NCBI GenBank assembly: GCA_040954595.2
Contig: CM082595.2
Location: 1,139,690-1,203,689 of the forward strand
Source of the DNA: Balanoglossus misakiensis
Lineage: Eukaryota; Animalia; Hemichordata
Length of the DNA: 64,000 nt
Direction of reading: 5' to 3'
Below, piece after piece: positions 10,771 through 32,416 of the stretch. The notes beneath the pieces were generated by a model. That model made no database searches and was not told the origin of the DNA. It worked only from the letters and a program-made list of their open reading frames with translations. A program made the position numbers and the translations under genes. Position 1 is the stretch's first letter, and the number at the start of each line of letters is the position of its first letter.

Positions 10771-13700
10771 GTGGTTGTGATGATGGTGGTTGTGATGATG
10801 ATGATGAGGAGGAGGAGGAGGAGATTAAAACATTTATTATTACCTCTCTGTGCTCCTTCAACATTCTTATCGTTTCCAAACAACCACCTGGGACTCTCAG
10901 GACAGAAAGGTAAAACCAACAACATCAAGACAGACAATCCTCCAGGAATCGCAAGAAGAATAACCCACGTGTCTTCAGTATTCAGCAAAAATATACCAAG
11001 TACCTGACAAAAGACAATAGTATCGTGTATTTTTTATGTTTGGAGGCCCTTTAATATCTGATCAAATGCATGACAAGAGTACACTATCCGGCTTACAACA
11101 CGTAGCAATAAGACAACATCTGTGATCTTTGTATGCTAAACACCTGGTGAATGACACGTTTTGATTGGATAGTTGTCAGGCAGTCCATTTGCCAGGTGGT
11201 CAGTGAGGCGCCACTTCCATCATTCGGAAGTCAACCTTTGACGGACAAACATCGTGGCTGAAAGTAGTGACGAAAACAACCTATTCTTTACCAAGAACAA
11301 CTTCTGACAACCAAGTGAAAGAGAAGGTCATGACTGTGACGATAGCGACTGGATTTGCCAAGATTTTTGTGGCCTCATTTACGAGATACATCAACTATCA
11401 GTCATGGAAAGTGACTTGACGAAAATCGAGGGTGCCTTTTTCTACTACCTTGCAGCCCCCCTTGCGCACATCTTCTGTAAGTAAAAGTTTTCTGTCATTT
11501 ATTTCTCGAAACTTGTAAATTTAAAGTTATTCTATTGATTAGGAATTTTCAAAAATGTAACTTTCGGGCGAAACCGTGTGCTAGGTAGAAATAAAACCCC
11601 AACCAAAAGTCGAGCTAGCCGAGCGCAAAGATTACAGAGAAAGATGGCCGAACTAAGCACATGCTTCTTCCCGGAGGAGACAGCATTTCTTTCAAAATGA
11701 ACAATGGATAATCATCTTTTGTGTTGAGAGTGAAGGTTATTATGTCGGGTCCAGTGCAACATCTGGATACTCAGAGCACAGGTGTAATGTAATATGCAGA
11801 TAGTGCACTGCACCAGTGCAATATCTCAGCGGACAAAATGCAAAAGCACAGATTATTTCCCAAGAGAACAAACAGTAAGGGCACGTGTAGTGATGTAAAT
11901 TTTGGCCAGCAACCCGTTGCTACAGTAATTAACCATATCTCGATTGCAAAATCTCGCAATGAGAGGAAAGTCATCTATGCACAAATATTATTACGTACCT
12001 GAGAAACCAGAATACCGACGGTGATAGCCAACTGATGGTTGTTACCCACTGCGCCACGCAAGTTTTTCGGAGAGATTTCAGCAAGAAAGATTGGTACGAT
12101 TGTGATACCAACACCTGTGTTAAATTAAGTAACACAAGTGGTCAGATATCTAAAGACCCTTTACCGTTCGAAAGACTGTGCGCCTTTGCCAGGGATGGAT
12201 AAAGAAAACAAGACACATGTAACTGAAAAGATTAAAGTTAGGCTTATCGTCCCTCTATATCAAATGTACTTGTTCTATTGCTAGTATTTACTCTAAAGAT
12301 AACACTGGTTATCATTCAACACTGGTTGTCATAGTTACCTGCGTAAAAGCCAAGGACAACCCTCCCAATGATGACCATCTCAAAACTGTTCGCCAATTCC
12401 GAGAAACCAAACATTAAAGCAGCGCATATCGAGAATATGTTATTAAGAAGCAGACCCCCTTTTCTGTTGAGTGAAAAAATTGTGAATTGGTCAACGACTG
12501 ATAAGTTTCTGCATTAATAATATAATATCAAGACAACGCCCATGAGTTAAAACCCTTTTTATATTATATATATATATAATTCATTACGTAGGTAGAGTAG
12601 TAGTTTGTTAAATCAAAGTTGTCTGATAATCACCACTGCGTGAAACTCTGAGTCACAACCACCCCACCGATCACCTGAACAAAGACCTTGATCTATAATT
12701 CATATTAAACATCTCACCGCCCCAAGATATCCCCGATAGGTGCGGCAGCCAACGCCCCAAAGGCTCCACCAACACAGTAGACAGAGATTGTGGTAGCCCA
12801 TAGAACGTCTAACCCAAATGTATCGAGGTCTCCGTATCTGGTGTAAGACGAGTTGTAGAAATCTTGTATCAACTGGAAGATGGAAAGTATTTGCAGTTGA
12901 CACGACACATACATAAACACTGTATATCTTTGTAAAACGATACTTTCTATAACTTTAGTGATGTGTCTAGTGGACAAAATACAGCTAGATATTGGACTAT
13001 CTTCAAGTTGTTGCCTGTCAAAAATCTGAGCGAAGTATTACCTGTGAGGGTGCACTTAAAACACCAGTTCCATAGCCATATTGGAATGATGCGCCGAGTG
13101 TTGTCACCAAGGTAACCAGAACCACTGCACACGTCAAACCTCGCTGAGAAAGAAAATAAAATATTGACAAAACGACTATTAATTTATCGAAAGAACAATT
13201 GTAACTTTTGCAAAGCGAATTACTAAAAGGGACTTCCTTTATTTATGTATATCTAAACTTAGTTAGGGTAGACCGTTTGATGAATTGAAAGGTGTTTAAG
13301 ACTTTTCACACATCATCCAGTATCACTGTGTAAACCTGTAAAACAGTTTTGTTTGCAGTAGCGGTTCACCGTTATGTTATCACTCAACGGGTAGAGATAC
13401 ATTTTAAGTTAATGATTAATATCACCACGTGGAATAAACTGATAAGACTGACCTAAACTTGCATAACTTTTTCCGATCATTTTACCCTCGAGAAATTGGT
13501 CATTTTGCCATTATGAAAAGTTAAGTTATTGGCCTAACCCTTCACTCGAGCAACAAACTTATTTATAAGAGCTTGCAATAGAAGCAACAAAGCAATCATG
13601 TTCAAATACAGTGTTTGAGAATGTACAGGTTGTGTAGTTAGTTGCGTAACAGCTCCTATCCTTGCAGTTTACGACATTCAACTTTGTCCTGGATTTGTGT

Positions 13701-14455
13701 GTGTGTATGGTTGCACTGGGGGTGTGGTCCCCAGGGTTGGCCAATTACGAATTTCCTCCACCAGTACCCACGAACTGTAGGATACCTGTGCACGAACATG
13801 CAATGATTCGTGCTTTTTGAATGTTTCTATCAAGCCAAGCAGATGCCCTGCAAAATGAGGATTATATTCTCCCAGAAAAAAAACTTAAAGCCTTCAGAGT
13901 TGCTCTCTTCTAATTCACGTGACACTTGCAAGTAATCAGTAGGTATTTGTACTTGTAACTGTAGCGTCCCTACAAACCATTTTCATGTCGATGGCTAAAC
14001 GCGTTGAAGAAAACCAGACTATTAAATTTGTCGTCATTTCATTCGATTAAGTGAAATTGTCAACTATTCGATTATTGACTGGAAGAACACTGCGTAGATC
14101 AGATTTTTTTACATAACTTTGATAAAGATATCTCCTAGATTCGGCTTTTATGCAACTTGCTAAATCTTAGGTTAGGAATCTCAGGGAAAGACGTCCTAAA
14201 AACTCATCTTCCTTCTTGATACTTGAGGTGTATAATTTGGATCATACCATGATTGACTTCTGTAGACGTGCAGTATCAAATGCCAGGCCAATAAGTTTGG
14301 AAATAAACCATCAACTTCCTCAAAAAAAGGCCAATAAAACTGGCTAGATTCTTTCATCCAAATTCACGTCTTACCTTTGGAGGAGGATTTGCAGATTCGT
14401 CGACACCACTTCCCTCCATGTTCTCCGCGAGGTTTAGCTTGGACCCGCCCGTCAT
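8746..14455 (-). CDS. SLC2A1: Facilitated hexose transporter, SLC2A/GLUT class I/II-like, about 518 aa, 12 exons (one-to-one orthology to SLC2A1 not established)
   Basis: Exons 14375-14455, 13042-13143, 12718-12872, 12339-12463, 11999-12114, 10844-11003, 10368-10555, 9997-10110, 9657-9758, 9383-9464, 9065-9192, 8746-8949 join in frame. Sugar-porter motifs: [11 protein letters not shown](K), [54 protein letters not shown]. Confidence 0.93.
8987..9030 (-). mobile_element. Truncated piggyBac-type MITE copy 4 in an SLC2A intron
   Basis: ggacctctaaagagggaactgggggtgaaagggtt is the reverse complement of the family left half. Confidence 0.75.
10612..10825. repeat. Compound (GAT/GGT/GAG)n microsatellite in an SLC2A intron
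   Basis: Trinucleotide runs are directly visible and explain the spurious poly-D/S/M/I ORFs. Confidence 0.95.
11320..11990 (+). mobile_element. Possible heavily decayed non-LTR retrotransposon (CR1/L2-like reverse transcriptase) fragment
   Basis: Broken frames give [28 protein letters not shown] and [16 protein letters not shown], in the order of the LINE motifs LxxPLxxIF, VxPxPK...DYR and FDTVNH. Similarity judged by eye only. Confidence 0.3.
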
Positions 14456-14795
14456 TTTGTCAAACGTCGTCCGTCGATCGTCGTTAATCTGAGTCGATGT
14501 GAGGTTGCACGAAAGCAGGCGAAGCTGAGAATGTTTGGGTGCGTAATAAGACGGTGAAATACGACGTAATTTGTGGTTAATGATTAATCTTACCGACTTG
14601 AAGATTGTAATTAATACGTCACTCCCAGACGATGACAGCTTGGAATTCATCATCATAAATTAGAACGTGTACTGGTGGCGTTTAAGTATTATAATTTTAG
14701 TGGACAATTTTCTGCTTCTAAAACAAAATCTGCGATGATAAACTTCCAAATGACTTTGCTCCTTATGGTCTTCTACATATTGTTCATGCCTCTTT

Positions 14796-14930
14796 CATCC
14801 ATCCATCCATCCATCCATCCATCCATCCATCCATCCATCCATCCATCCATCCATCCATCCATCCATTCATTCATCCATCCATCCATTCATTCATTCATTC
14901 ATTCATTCATCCATTCATTCATTCATTCAT
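14796..14930. repeat. (ATCC)n/(ATTC)n microsatellite
   Basis: Directly visible tetranucleotide run. Confidence 0.95.
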
Positions 14931-15295
14931 AAGAAGATCGTCAGCCTTTAAGTGAGTGTAGACTGTTAGACCTCTTATCAATCATGATGTCTTGCTTGAG
15001 TTATGACATACAGTGACCTCTGCATGTAATCTATGAAGGTTATGGGATTTTGGGATTTATTTCTACGAGTGATCCTTATTGGCGATTTGAGTTGTCATCA
15101 TCATGTAACATCAGGTTACTTTTACATACTCGAAGTTATCAGGTCATTCCAAGCAAACATCACAGATCGCTATATTTTAAGTGTGTTAGGGTTGCAAGTC
15201 ATAAGTTTGACATAGACAGCGTTATATAACTTAGATTCATGATAAACAGTGGTGTTTATTTAGAAATGTTAATATTGGTACCTGAAGCTGTTTTG

Positions 15296-15379
15296 ACATA
15301 CATACATACATACATACATACATACATACATACATACATACATACATACATACATACATACATACATACATACATACAT
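15296..15379. repeat. (ACAT)n microsatellite
   Basis: About 20 near-perfect copies. Confidence 0.95.
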
Positions 15380-16164
15380 GACAGCATCAATAATTCATTT
15401 TCAACGTGAAGTGCTTTAATAATATGTGTAAATAAACATTGGTGATTAAAAACAAGTCCTTGTCAATCACAAAAGACTCCTAATAAACTTTAATACGTTA
15501 AAAAAAATTACAGAATTGCGTGGACTATTGTTTTTCAGGAGCTATGCTGCCCAGGCACATACTATCTTAGGTGCTTTTGTTTTTTAATTTCTTTCTATCT
15601 AACTTCCAAAATTGAGATGTAATACAGAAAACTTACTGACTTTGCCTAGAGACAAATGATGACAGACAGCTCGATTATTTACACTTGCATATGTATTTTT
15701 TGCCATGGGATTAGTTCCATCAAAGGTCCACCTTGTAGTTAGCTTTATCTAGCATCAAATTTTTCACATGTGATAAATATTTCAATGGAAAACAAAGCAC
15801 TAACACAATGTACACAGTAAATGTCACGTACATGTAGGAAGTTCATACATGAAAGAAGTAGGATTGACGAACATAGCTTGAAAGTTCTCAAATGATCAAA
15901 GTGTCCTTGTAACAACAGCAAGAATTTTCCAAAGCCTCTTTAGACTGTGTCATTTTTTTTACAAGTCCACAGTTCAGTGTGAGTTGATTCATAGAGTAGA
16001 GTTTAATCAACCATTTCTGTAGATCTGCCAAAAACTCAGCCTGATGACTGGAAACGATAGATTCTTGGTTTCCGTCAGTCAGTATTGACATAAAAAATCA
16101 ACATCTAGAGTTTACTCCAGAATGACTGAAATACTAGTATACAAGGTCATCTTGAAGACAGCAA

Positions 16165-25781
<9,617 letters not shown>

Positions 25782-27357
25782 TTCCTCTGTGAAGATCTCT
25801 GATTCAAGATTTTGAGTAGCACCGAAATCAATCTATTGTCAAAGCCTCTTCCGATTGCTCGTTCTGTACCGATCGCGTTGATGACGAGCTGTTTAATCTT
25901 CCGGACTGCGATCAGACGCCATCTTTTGGACTTGTCAATTTCTACTTCCGGATTTCGGACGCAGGCATTCCAGAGCACGTTACCATCAGGTTTAGAATCA
26001 GATATTTGTTCGGATGACACGTTCAATCTCTGTTTTCATCGTTTCGCCATAAATATCTAGTCTTAATTCTCTAATTTCTCACTATTTTCTCACTGACAGA
26101 GACAAATAAGTGTCGTTCAGTAGGTTATGATGATTTAAATTGAAGAGTTTTGAACGCATTTCCCATGAATCTGAACCAGAGTCTCATGCAAATGCCAAGC
26201 TTACGTTAAAAAATGGACAAGGGAGAGTGAGATACTTATGAATTTTCATCAGATACATTCCAAGGAATATCAATCTTATGTACTGTGTGACACCTTTTCC
26301 TAGAATTGAATTTTAATTTCTTTAATGATGCTTTATTACAAAATAATTAAAGTGGCATCCTGTACTTGTAGGGCTTCTTATGGGTTGAACATCAAGTGCT
26401 ACTTACTGCCAAAGTGGTACTAAAATGTGTACGTAATATACTTTGAAATTTTGAAGTTTTGGAAGAATTAAAGTTTATTGCCGAATCGCATGACATCTTA
26501 ATATCCGAATAATAAAAATGACAACCAAAAGTAAACACAAAGAAAGCACGAAAAAAGGGTCAAAAAGTTAGTGTCTCCAAACACAATGAATGCGATAAAG
26601 TAGGACTTTTTCTCAACAGAAAGTAGAACTTTTCTGTGACGCACTTTTCAGTACCGTACAGTGAAAAGAAATCGCTATCTTAGTTATCCATCGTTTGATC
26701 TAGATATTTCATTATCGAAAGTCGATGACTCCCGTTTACGTACCAGTATGTTATGTCGTATTCACAGGGCATATTGTTCCCATATTGCCTTTTAAATTAT
26801 TATAATCGTGTTATTTTATTTTTCATTTGCTAGTCTTATTTTCTGGTATTTGTGTCATTGAATTGGCCCTACTCAATCTGTCGGCCAATAGTTGCAAAAA
26901 AAAAGAAGATTGGTTGGTATTTGTTCATTTGCTGTTTAAGTACTTTAACTGGAGGTTTTATCAGTAGTCCACACACAAAACCAGGCAAAACCTCGAGCAA
27001 TAGTACCGCAGCAAGCTCTTCATATATGATGGTGCACTGGTAGGCCCTATAGCTTAATTTATTACCCTGGGTAAATTTGTTAATCACCGAATCAATGTGA
27101 AAGTGGTGTTTGGTTGTGTGATAATTAGATTTTACATATTATAATGACTTGTAAAATGGGCTTAACAGACGAAACCATGCTGCCCTCATCCAAAGGATTT
27201 GCGTATTGTACAAACAAACCAGCCAGTAGCAACAGGACGCGTTTATCATCCAAGCCAATAAATTTACCGGCTGCTGTTACTAAGCTTCCAGTTTGACGGT
27301 AACTTTCAAAGCGCATGCGCCCTCAGATTATCGGCGTGAACGAAATATACATTCACG
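25782..27357. promoter_or_regulatory. Divergent promoter region between ACAP and SUMF2
   Basis: Head-to-head start codons about 1.6 kb apart, with local CpG enrichment. ETS-like acttccgg near 25944 and an NRF1-type palindrome gcgcatgcgc at 27311-27320. Confidence 0.6.
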
Positions 27358-30300
27358 ATGAAGAAACGGAACCAGCGTGCAGGGATTGCCGTTGTTTTGG
27401 TGTTTTGCATAATTGCCTTGACTGATTGCAAGAAGGAAAAACAAGTTCTTTCAGGTAAGACATCAAATCTCATCCGATCTGACACCAAACTTAACGTAAA
27501 GGTCGTCATCAGCGTTGAAACATGCATGTTCATTTCACTTCCGGGTTTTGAAATTGAGTGAAACCGCAGAGATGCGCTTGCTCCAGTTAAAATATTGTCC
27601 GTAGTGTTCATCGTTCAAATGGGAACTATGATAAAATCACCGAAGTTGCTAATAAGAACACTGGTTATCCAATACAGATGTACATGATGTACATTGCTCG
27701 AAATCCACACATTAAAATGAATGGGCGACTGAAATTGTTGTTCAACTTCAAGATATTTTACAAGGACGTTCTGATTTCTTCTTAATATATACATCCATGA
27801 TAGATGAATTAACAAAGCAACATGCACAAAGTCACCACAAATTTTTCCTCCATCTAGTATTGAAATTTTAAAAATCTATTTCTATGTGTAAAATAGTAGA
27901 TGTACGTCATGTACCTGCAGATTATCTGTGACTATTGGCAAACTCGTGATACAAAATACCAGTAGAATAACTTTACATATTTGTATTTATAATATACCAG
28001 CGCAAAGTAAATTTATTTCTAAATTAGAATTAAAAGAAAAATATAGCATCATTTTTCTTATTTCGATGGTATACGCCTGTTGTTAGTCATTACAATATGG
28101 TGAACATTTTAACCATCAATTTAAACAGGAAAGTATGGACTGCTACGGTTTATTGCAAAATATTAATAGACAATATGGAAATGTTGTATGAAAGCACTTG
28201 TCATGTACCATCCATTTATCAGCATAAAGTAATTGTACTCTAAACTGTTATTATAATTCCTACCATATTGATGTGCATACATGGAATCAAAGATTAAATT
28301 CTCAGTCTACTGCAATATCTGAATAAATTGTACCATGTCAGGGTATGGAATCATGAGGGTTGAGATAGGGTTATACTGTAGTGCTATGGTATATAGTGGA
28401 TAATTATACTCTTCAAGTTCACTACATTGCAATTAATATGTTCTCTTTTATTCCAGATAGTGAACTTGAGGAATATGATGAACTTGTACAACTGAAAGGT
28501 GGAAAATTCTTAATTGGGACGAATGAACCCAATGCCAGAGATGGTGAAGGACCACAGAGAAAAGTGTCTGTGAAACCGTTCAACATTATGAAATATCCAG
28601 TCACCAATGCTGCATTCAGGTATATATGACCTTTGACACTTTCTCTGACCTTTAACCCTAAGGTTATATTACATTAAATTTCAATATTTAACAAATTTGT
28701 TATTTTTTCTTGACAGAAAATTCATTAGAGCCAAAAAATTCAAGACTGAAGCAGTAAAATTTCAGTGGAGTTTTGTTTTCGAAGCTTTCGTAAAAGATGA
28801 AATAAAAGAAAATATCACTGAGAGGATACAGGTAAGATTCGAACAAAAAAAATTGATGAAAAGAAGAATCATTGTTGAAATTTCTGATAGAGTGAAAGAC
28901 CTTACTCTGATCAATGTTTATTTATTGGCAAGTGTAATACTTTGTAAGTGAGAACTAGAGTCAAACCTGTCTATAGCAGCCAGTCAAGGGACTTTCCCAA
29001 ACTGGCCTTTATAGACAGGTGGTTTTAATTCACATGCAAATGAGAGTAATTTGCAGTAGATTAGAATGATATTGACACTTTGAATAATCTTGTTTCAGAA
29101 CACGCCATGGTGGGTGCCTGTGCCTAGAGCATATTGGAGACAGGTAAGAATAGACATTGTTTTATGATATGACATTCTATAGAATCCTGCCATCAATCAA
29201 GCAATCAAGCAACCAACCTATCAATACATCCATCCATCAATCAATCAATACTTTAATTGTGTTTGTTTGACAGCCAGAAGGTCCTGGCAGTACAATCACT
29301 GACAGATTACATTACCCAGTCACCCATGTGAGTTTCAATGATGCCAAGGAGTACTGCCAATGGAAAGGATTACGTCTCCCAACGGAACCGGAATGGGAAT
29401 TTGCAGCAAGAGGAGGATTGGAAAGTAAGTTTATATGTATATCTCCACAGTCGATGAGTCTGTAATAAACAAGTGCACTTCAAGTATCATGCACCCTTTT
29501 CATAAGTCTAGCGCATTATTTTGGATGTTTAGGAATACATACATGGCTGTCTGGGTTTTTTCTCAAAAGCAGTAAACAAATGTCTATCCTTTCTTCCAGA
29601 TAAGAAATATCCTTGGGGAAATAAATTTGAACAGAAGAGAATGAATGTCTGGCAGGGCAAGTTTCCGAGTGAAAACACAATGGCGGATGGTTTCCATGGC
29701 AACTCTCCAGTAGATGCGTTCCCACCACAGAATGATTACGGTATGTCGATCCAAATCAAATAGATTGGACCGAGATTTCACAAAAATAATTGTTTCAAAA
29801 TGAATTTGTGGTATATTGTATTATGCTGCTCTCAGTCTAACTTGCATTTTATATTTCTTCCTGACAGGAATGTACGATATGGTTGGTAATTTGTGGGAAT
29901 GGACAACAACAAAGTTCCAGCAAGGAGGCAAAGCACCACCTGGACCCGATGGTGATGCGAACACAATGTACACTCTGAGAGGTGGTTCTTACATTGACAG
30001 TCAAGATGGAGCATTCAACCACATGGCTCGGGTTACAACAAGGTAAAAGTGTTTGATAGATTGACAGATCCGTTGCCTGAGGGCGCTCTCCCAAGTCCGG
30101 CCAAGAGATCGCCCTCAAATGATGGATTTTTCAGTCTGCGTGTTTGATAACTGACACTATCATTCCATAGAAATGAAGTTTTAAACCACTTTTTTTTGTA
30201 TTGAGTATATCTACACTAGACCAAGAATGAAAGATGGTTGTACTGCTACATGATCTTCAGAATAGCGCCTCTTGGATTGTATCAGCTAGACTTCTAATTA

Positions 30301-30523
30301 TTTAAAGTGGGGATAATTTTAATACATGAATGATTTTTTGTCTTTTGACAGGATGGGCAACACACCCGATGCAGGCTCTGACAACCTTGGCTTCAGATGT
30401 GCTTCTAATTACAATGCAGATATTGGAAAGCCACCGTCACCTCCAAAGAAATCAGAACCAAGCAAGACAAAAGACAAATCAGAAGATTCCAAATCAAAAA
30501 AGGATAAAAAAACAGAACTTTGA
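27358..30523 (+). CDS. SUMF2: Inactive C-alpha-formylglycine-generating enzyme 2 (pFGE), about 352 aa, 8 exons
   Basis: Exons 27358-27454, 28457-28619, 28717-28831, 29099-29143, 29274-29424, 29600-29740, 29868-30042, 30352-30523. Signal peptide, [15 protein letters not shown] and [12 protein letters not shown] are present. The segment [39 protein letters not shown] is SUMF2-type and lacks the SUMF1 catalytic cysteines. C-terminal KTEL. Confidence 0.95.
28956..29024. mobile_element. Short MITE-end fragment (pogo/Tigger-like) in a SUMF2 intron
   Basis: tagagtcaaacctgtctatagc...tatagacaggtgg, with an 11-bp inverted repeat acctgtctata/tatagacaggt at 28965-28975 and 29010-29020. Confidence 0.5.
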
Positions 30524-32416
30524 TTACTAAGTAATGCAAAGTTTTGAAACCATTTAGTGTACAATTTGTAGTCTTTCAAAAAGTCTGAATAGGGCATTTT
30601 TTTTACCAAAATGGTAATAAGTCTTCCAAGTACACATAAAGTGGTACTGTATCTTTTTCACATTCCATTGACTGTGTACTCTTCATATCCATGACTTAGT
30701 CTCGAGGGGCAGGTCATGACGAGATGTAGGTATTTTCAATAAACTGTGGATTGATTGAGTTTAAAAAGATGGCATCTTTTCATAATATGGAATAAATAAA
30801 ACATGAACTATAAAAACGTCAGTGACATTCATGGTGTACTTTGTTGTGTTGTCTTGTTTGACACAAATAAAATGTTATTTCATTCTAAACAACTCTCATG
30901 GCAAACACGAGTGCTTTCTATAGTGAGTACACAAAACACAACTTACATCCTTCTTACAAAACTTTATTTTTCAGAGAGAAAAAGACGAGAATTAACAATA
31001 ACTTTCTGAAAGTCACTCACTGCTGGAATACCCTTTTAATAGTCTTCTGAAAACAAGTAAACTGTAAATATGTCCATGTGTATCCCCTCAACCAATTTGG
31101 CCTTTCTGATTCAGGAGGGCAACAAATGTGACAGCATACACTGTAACATACATGTTCTGCTAGATACCATTTTTCTTCGTTATGGTTATAATGATTGGGT
31201 CATATGATTATAGGTACTTCTATTATAAATTAACATTTTCTCTTAAATTGGGATGAGAGTACATGCATAAATACTTGACAAATCGATTTCATTTTGTACA
31301 TCATCATTACAGACCTGAAGACACTGTTCCAATTGGTGAAACTGCGAATTCCAAGGTGCCAAGGTAAAAACAAATCCATGTGCTAGACGTCTAATTTAAT
31401 AACCATGTAAAACAAGGAATTTGGAGTTAACCATGGTGGTGAAAAAGTTAAAACAAGACAATATTAGGTCAAGAAATCCTTCGCAGAAAAAAAGTTCAAC
31501 CAAAGGTATTATGATGTAATGAAAACATTCTAGGCAAGAACATTTAATGAAACCAACACAAATAATAAAAACTTTCAACACATAGAAAACTTCCTATGGT
31601 TGTAAAAATATACAATGATAATCCCAAAATATGCAATTTTTAAAGTGAAAGGCAGTTAAAGTCTCAAATATTTAATCTTTTTTTAACTATTTACTATACT
31701 GAAAATTCTTTTTTGAACATTCCCTAGCTGCATGTCATATGATATCATATATGACAAATTTATTTAGATAGTTGGAGAAGGCAATTATTTAAACTCTACA
31801 CTTGAAAATGTTCATTTTTACAATTAATTCCTAACACTTCTAAATTTATTTATGTCCAAATTTATGCTTAGAATCTAAACAAACATGTGGGATACCTTAA
31901 AGCACCATTCAATGTTTTGAAAACAACCCACGACTACTTTCCTAGAAATACTAAACTTATCAAGTATCAGGATAAGCATTAATAAGCATCATTTTATACC
32001 GTTGGCTTTGTAGCTAGCATTTGCAAGATATTGTAGTTTTGTGTCTGCCAAAGTTTGTCATGAAGATGGTGGTAGGGGACTCTAGCAATTCACAGTCAAA
32101 GTTTCTGTCTGACAACATTGTTTGAGGATCTTGTTTGACACAAGTGACAAAATTAACATCCAAGACAGTGACTCTGTTTCCTTGCCAGTTTCAAATGCCC
32201 GCCACACAACAATCCAAATCAAACAGAGGTATCCACTGTCTGAGCTAGACAAACAAGTATTATAATTGTAAACCCCAATATGGGTAAATTCTACAGAGTA
32301 ATTTCTAGACAAAATGTACAGCTGCATTCATTTAAATACTCTAATATCATTATCTCTGGATATTTCTTTTCAAAGTGCATCACTCTTGCCATCAATTTGT
32401 GGATTTCAAATAATAT

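Noticed and set aside
10314-11007. Long poly-D/S/M/I ORFs
   Set aside because: They are translations of an intronic trinucleotide microsatellite overlapping SLC2A exons.
26869-27316. Two short minus-strand ORFs in the ACAP-SUMF2 promoter
   Set aside because: No recognisable domain, no consistent splice sites and non-ATG starts.
27358-30523. Calling the gene SUMF1 (active FGE)
   Set aside because: The catalytic Cys-rich segment of SUMF1 is replaced by the SUMF2-type [18 protein letters not shown].
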